Positions 50,257 through 51,728 of a stretch of 51,728 bases of DNA are shown one piece after another (within the stretch, counting starts at the first letter, position 1; every line of letters starts with the position of its first letter). A program made the position numbers and the translations under genes. The stretch covers positions 1-51,728 of the forward strand of contig JAYTEX010000089.1 in the NCBI GenBank assembly GCA_043734785.1, written 5' to 3'. The notes below the pieces were generated by a model. That model had not been told where the DNA came from. It saw only the letters and a program-made list of their open reading frames with translations, and searched no databases. The DNA comes from Pseudomonadota bacterium (GTDB lineage Bacteria > Pseudomonadota > Gammaproteobacteria > Ga0077536).

Positions 50257-51728
50257 GTGGAATCAAAAGACTTAACAGTACGCGAAACGCGTGGCCAAGC
50301 GATCGCTAACTGGTTGATGGATCGCAAATGGATCTCGTTCCTGATCATCTGTGTGCCGACCATCATGCTCGCCATGCATATCTCAAAAATTGAGGTCTAC
50401 TCGCGGTTCGCGGATTTGCTGCCTGAAAAGCACGAGTACATCCAGAACTATAACCGTATGAAGCAGACTTTCGGTGGCGCTAATGTGGTGTCCATGGCGC
50501 TCGAAACGACTGATCCGAAAAAGGATATCTTCACGCTAGGGACGCTGAAGAAAATAAAAATGCTGACGGAACAGGTCGATCTGATCACGGGGGTCAACCA
50601 CTACCAGGTGGCAAGCATCGCGCACCCGAAGATCCGCCGGGTCCTGACCACCGCTGGGGGCTTGATCAAATCCGAACCGGTGTTGCCTAAAGATCTGCCT
50701 CAGGACGAAGCCGGTCTCAAGCAATTGCGTGAAGAGTCGTTCAATAACGACATCGTCTACGGCACTTACGTGTCAACTGACGGCCGATCGGCGCTGATTC
50801 TTGCGGGTTTCGACGAAGAACGTCTCAACTACACGGAAATTCATACGCGCCTGATCGAATTGAAGAATGAGGTTGAGAAGGATGGCGAGACGAAGCTCTT
50901 CATCGCCGGCGAGCCCATGCTCAAGGGCTGGATCTACTTCTACTCCAAAGAACTGAAGGTCATTTTCGGGGTGACCGGTGCAGTCATGATTGCGCTGCTC
51001 TGGTTCCATTTTGGTTCCTTGGTCGGTGTGCTCGTCCCCGCCATCGGCACTTTCCTGTCGGCAGTCTGGGGGCTCGGCTTTGTGGGCTGGATGGGGTTCA
51101 ATCTGGACCCGCTGATTCTGGTGGTGCCGATCCTGATTTCGGCCAGAACGGCCAGCCACTGCGTGCAGCTGATGGAGCGCTACTACGATGAAATCAGGCT
51201 AGGGCACCAGAAAGAGACTGCCGTGCGAGTCGCGATGGGGGAGCTGCTGCTACCGGCAACCTTGGGGATTCTAGCGGACGCCTTCGCGTTGCTGGTGTTG
51301 ACCGTCTCGTCAATGCCGATGATTTCGAAGCTCGGTTACTACTGCGCATTCTGGGGGGCTAGCAATCTGGTGACGGTGGCCGTGTTCGTGCCGCTGATTA
51401 TGTCGCTGCTGCCAGCCCCCACCGTGACGCGGCAAGAGGAACACAAGCATCTGCCATCACGCTTGATGCATAACCTCGGGGTATTTTTAGTAGGGCCGAA
51501 AGCGACCACCGTGGTCATGGGCGGCGCGCTGGCATTGACTGCGTGGGCCTTCTATTTTGGTTGGACCGTGCAGATTGGCGAGAGCAAACCTGGCTCGCCG
51601 ATCTTGTTCCCGGAATCCGATTACAACATCGCAGCCGCGCACATCGCCGACAGTTTCGCCGGCGCGAACCAGTTCAGTATCTATTTCGAAGGTGACAAGG
51701 CGCACCGCATGAAGGATCCCAAGGTGGT
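50257..51728 (+). CDS. MMPL/RND-family transporter (partial, runs off the window; absent from the ORF track)
   Basis: Open frame from GTG 50257: N-terminal TM, FADLLPEKH.Y, FGGAN, AGEP.L.G, TM cluster with LDPLILVVPILISAR..SH.VQ..RY and LGILAD. Confidence 0.9.
   Translation, partial: MESKDLTVRETRGQAIANWLMDRKWISFLIICVPTIMLAMHISKIEVYSRFADLLPEKHEYIQNYNRMKQTFGGANVVSMALETTDPKKDIFTLGTLKKIKMLTEQVDLITGVNHYQVASIAHPKIRRVLTTAGGLIKSEPVLPKDLPQDEAGLKQLREESFNNDIVYGTYVSTDGRSALILAGFDEERLNYTEIHTRLIELKNEVEKDGETKLFIAGEPMLKGWIYFYSKELKVIFGVTGAVMIALLWFHFGSLVGVLVPAIGTFLSAVWGLGFVGWMGFNLDPLILVVPILISARTASHCVQLMERYYDEIRLGHQKETAVRVAMGELLLPATLGILADAFALLVLTVSSMPMISKLGYYCAFWGASNLVTVAVFVPLIMSLLPAPTVTRQEEHKHLPSRLMHNLGVFLVGPKATTVVMGGALALTAWAFYFGWTVQIGESKPGSPILFPESDYNIAAAHIADSFAGANQFSIYFEGDKAHRMKDPKV

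Overview
GC-rich bacterial chromosome segment, most likely gammaproteobacterial (inferred from the gene orders gltX-tRNA-Ala-tRNA-Glu, ffs-dnaX-ybaB-recR and orn-nnr-tsaE-amiB-mutL-miaA-hfq-hflXKC-yjeT-hisZ-purA). Four blocks: (1) 1-3032, tandem-PilZ gene, gltX and two tRNAs. (2) About 3033-20480, an accessory patchwork starting at the tRNA-Glu 3' end with an att-like IHF/arm-repeat signature but no integrase. It holds catabolic/redox genes (amidohydrolase, two luciferase-like oxidoreductases, flavin reductases, two exported NTF2-fold proteins, GST, HDAC-family deacetylase, Zn-ADH), envelope genes (OmpA lipoprotein, ArnT-like transferase) and gene relics (hipA N-terminus, marR C-terminus, Walker-A fragment, a frameshifted small gene). 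(3) 20485-40989, a co-directional housekeeping run from SRP RNA to gnd-zwf-pgl. (4) 40979-end, an acyl-CoA catabolic cluster, MFS, YciI and an MMPL/RND transporter truncated by the window edge and missed by the ORF track. No CRISPR array, rRNA, intact transposase or integrase was seen. I found no unambiguous new system. The best leads are the highly structured 346-nt leader before the MMPL gene, a tRNA-sized stem ending in GCCA upstream of ffs, MutL lacking endonuclease motifs, the exported epoxide-hydrolase-like cassette, the kinase-less ACAD10/11-like cluster and a probable CTG start codon. All family calls come from motif recognition by eye, not database searches.
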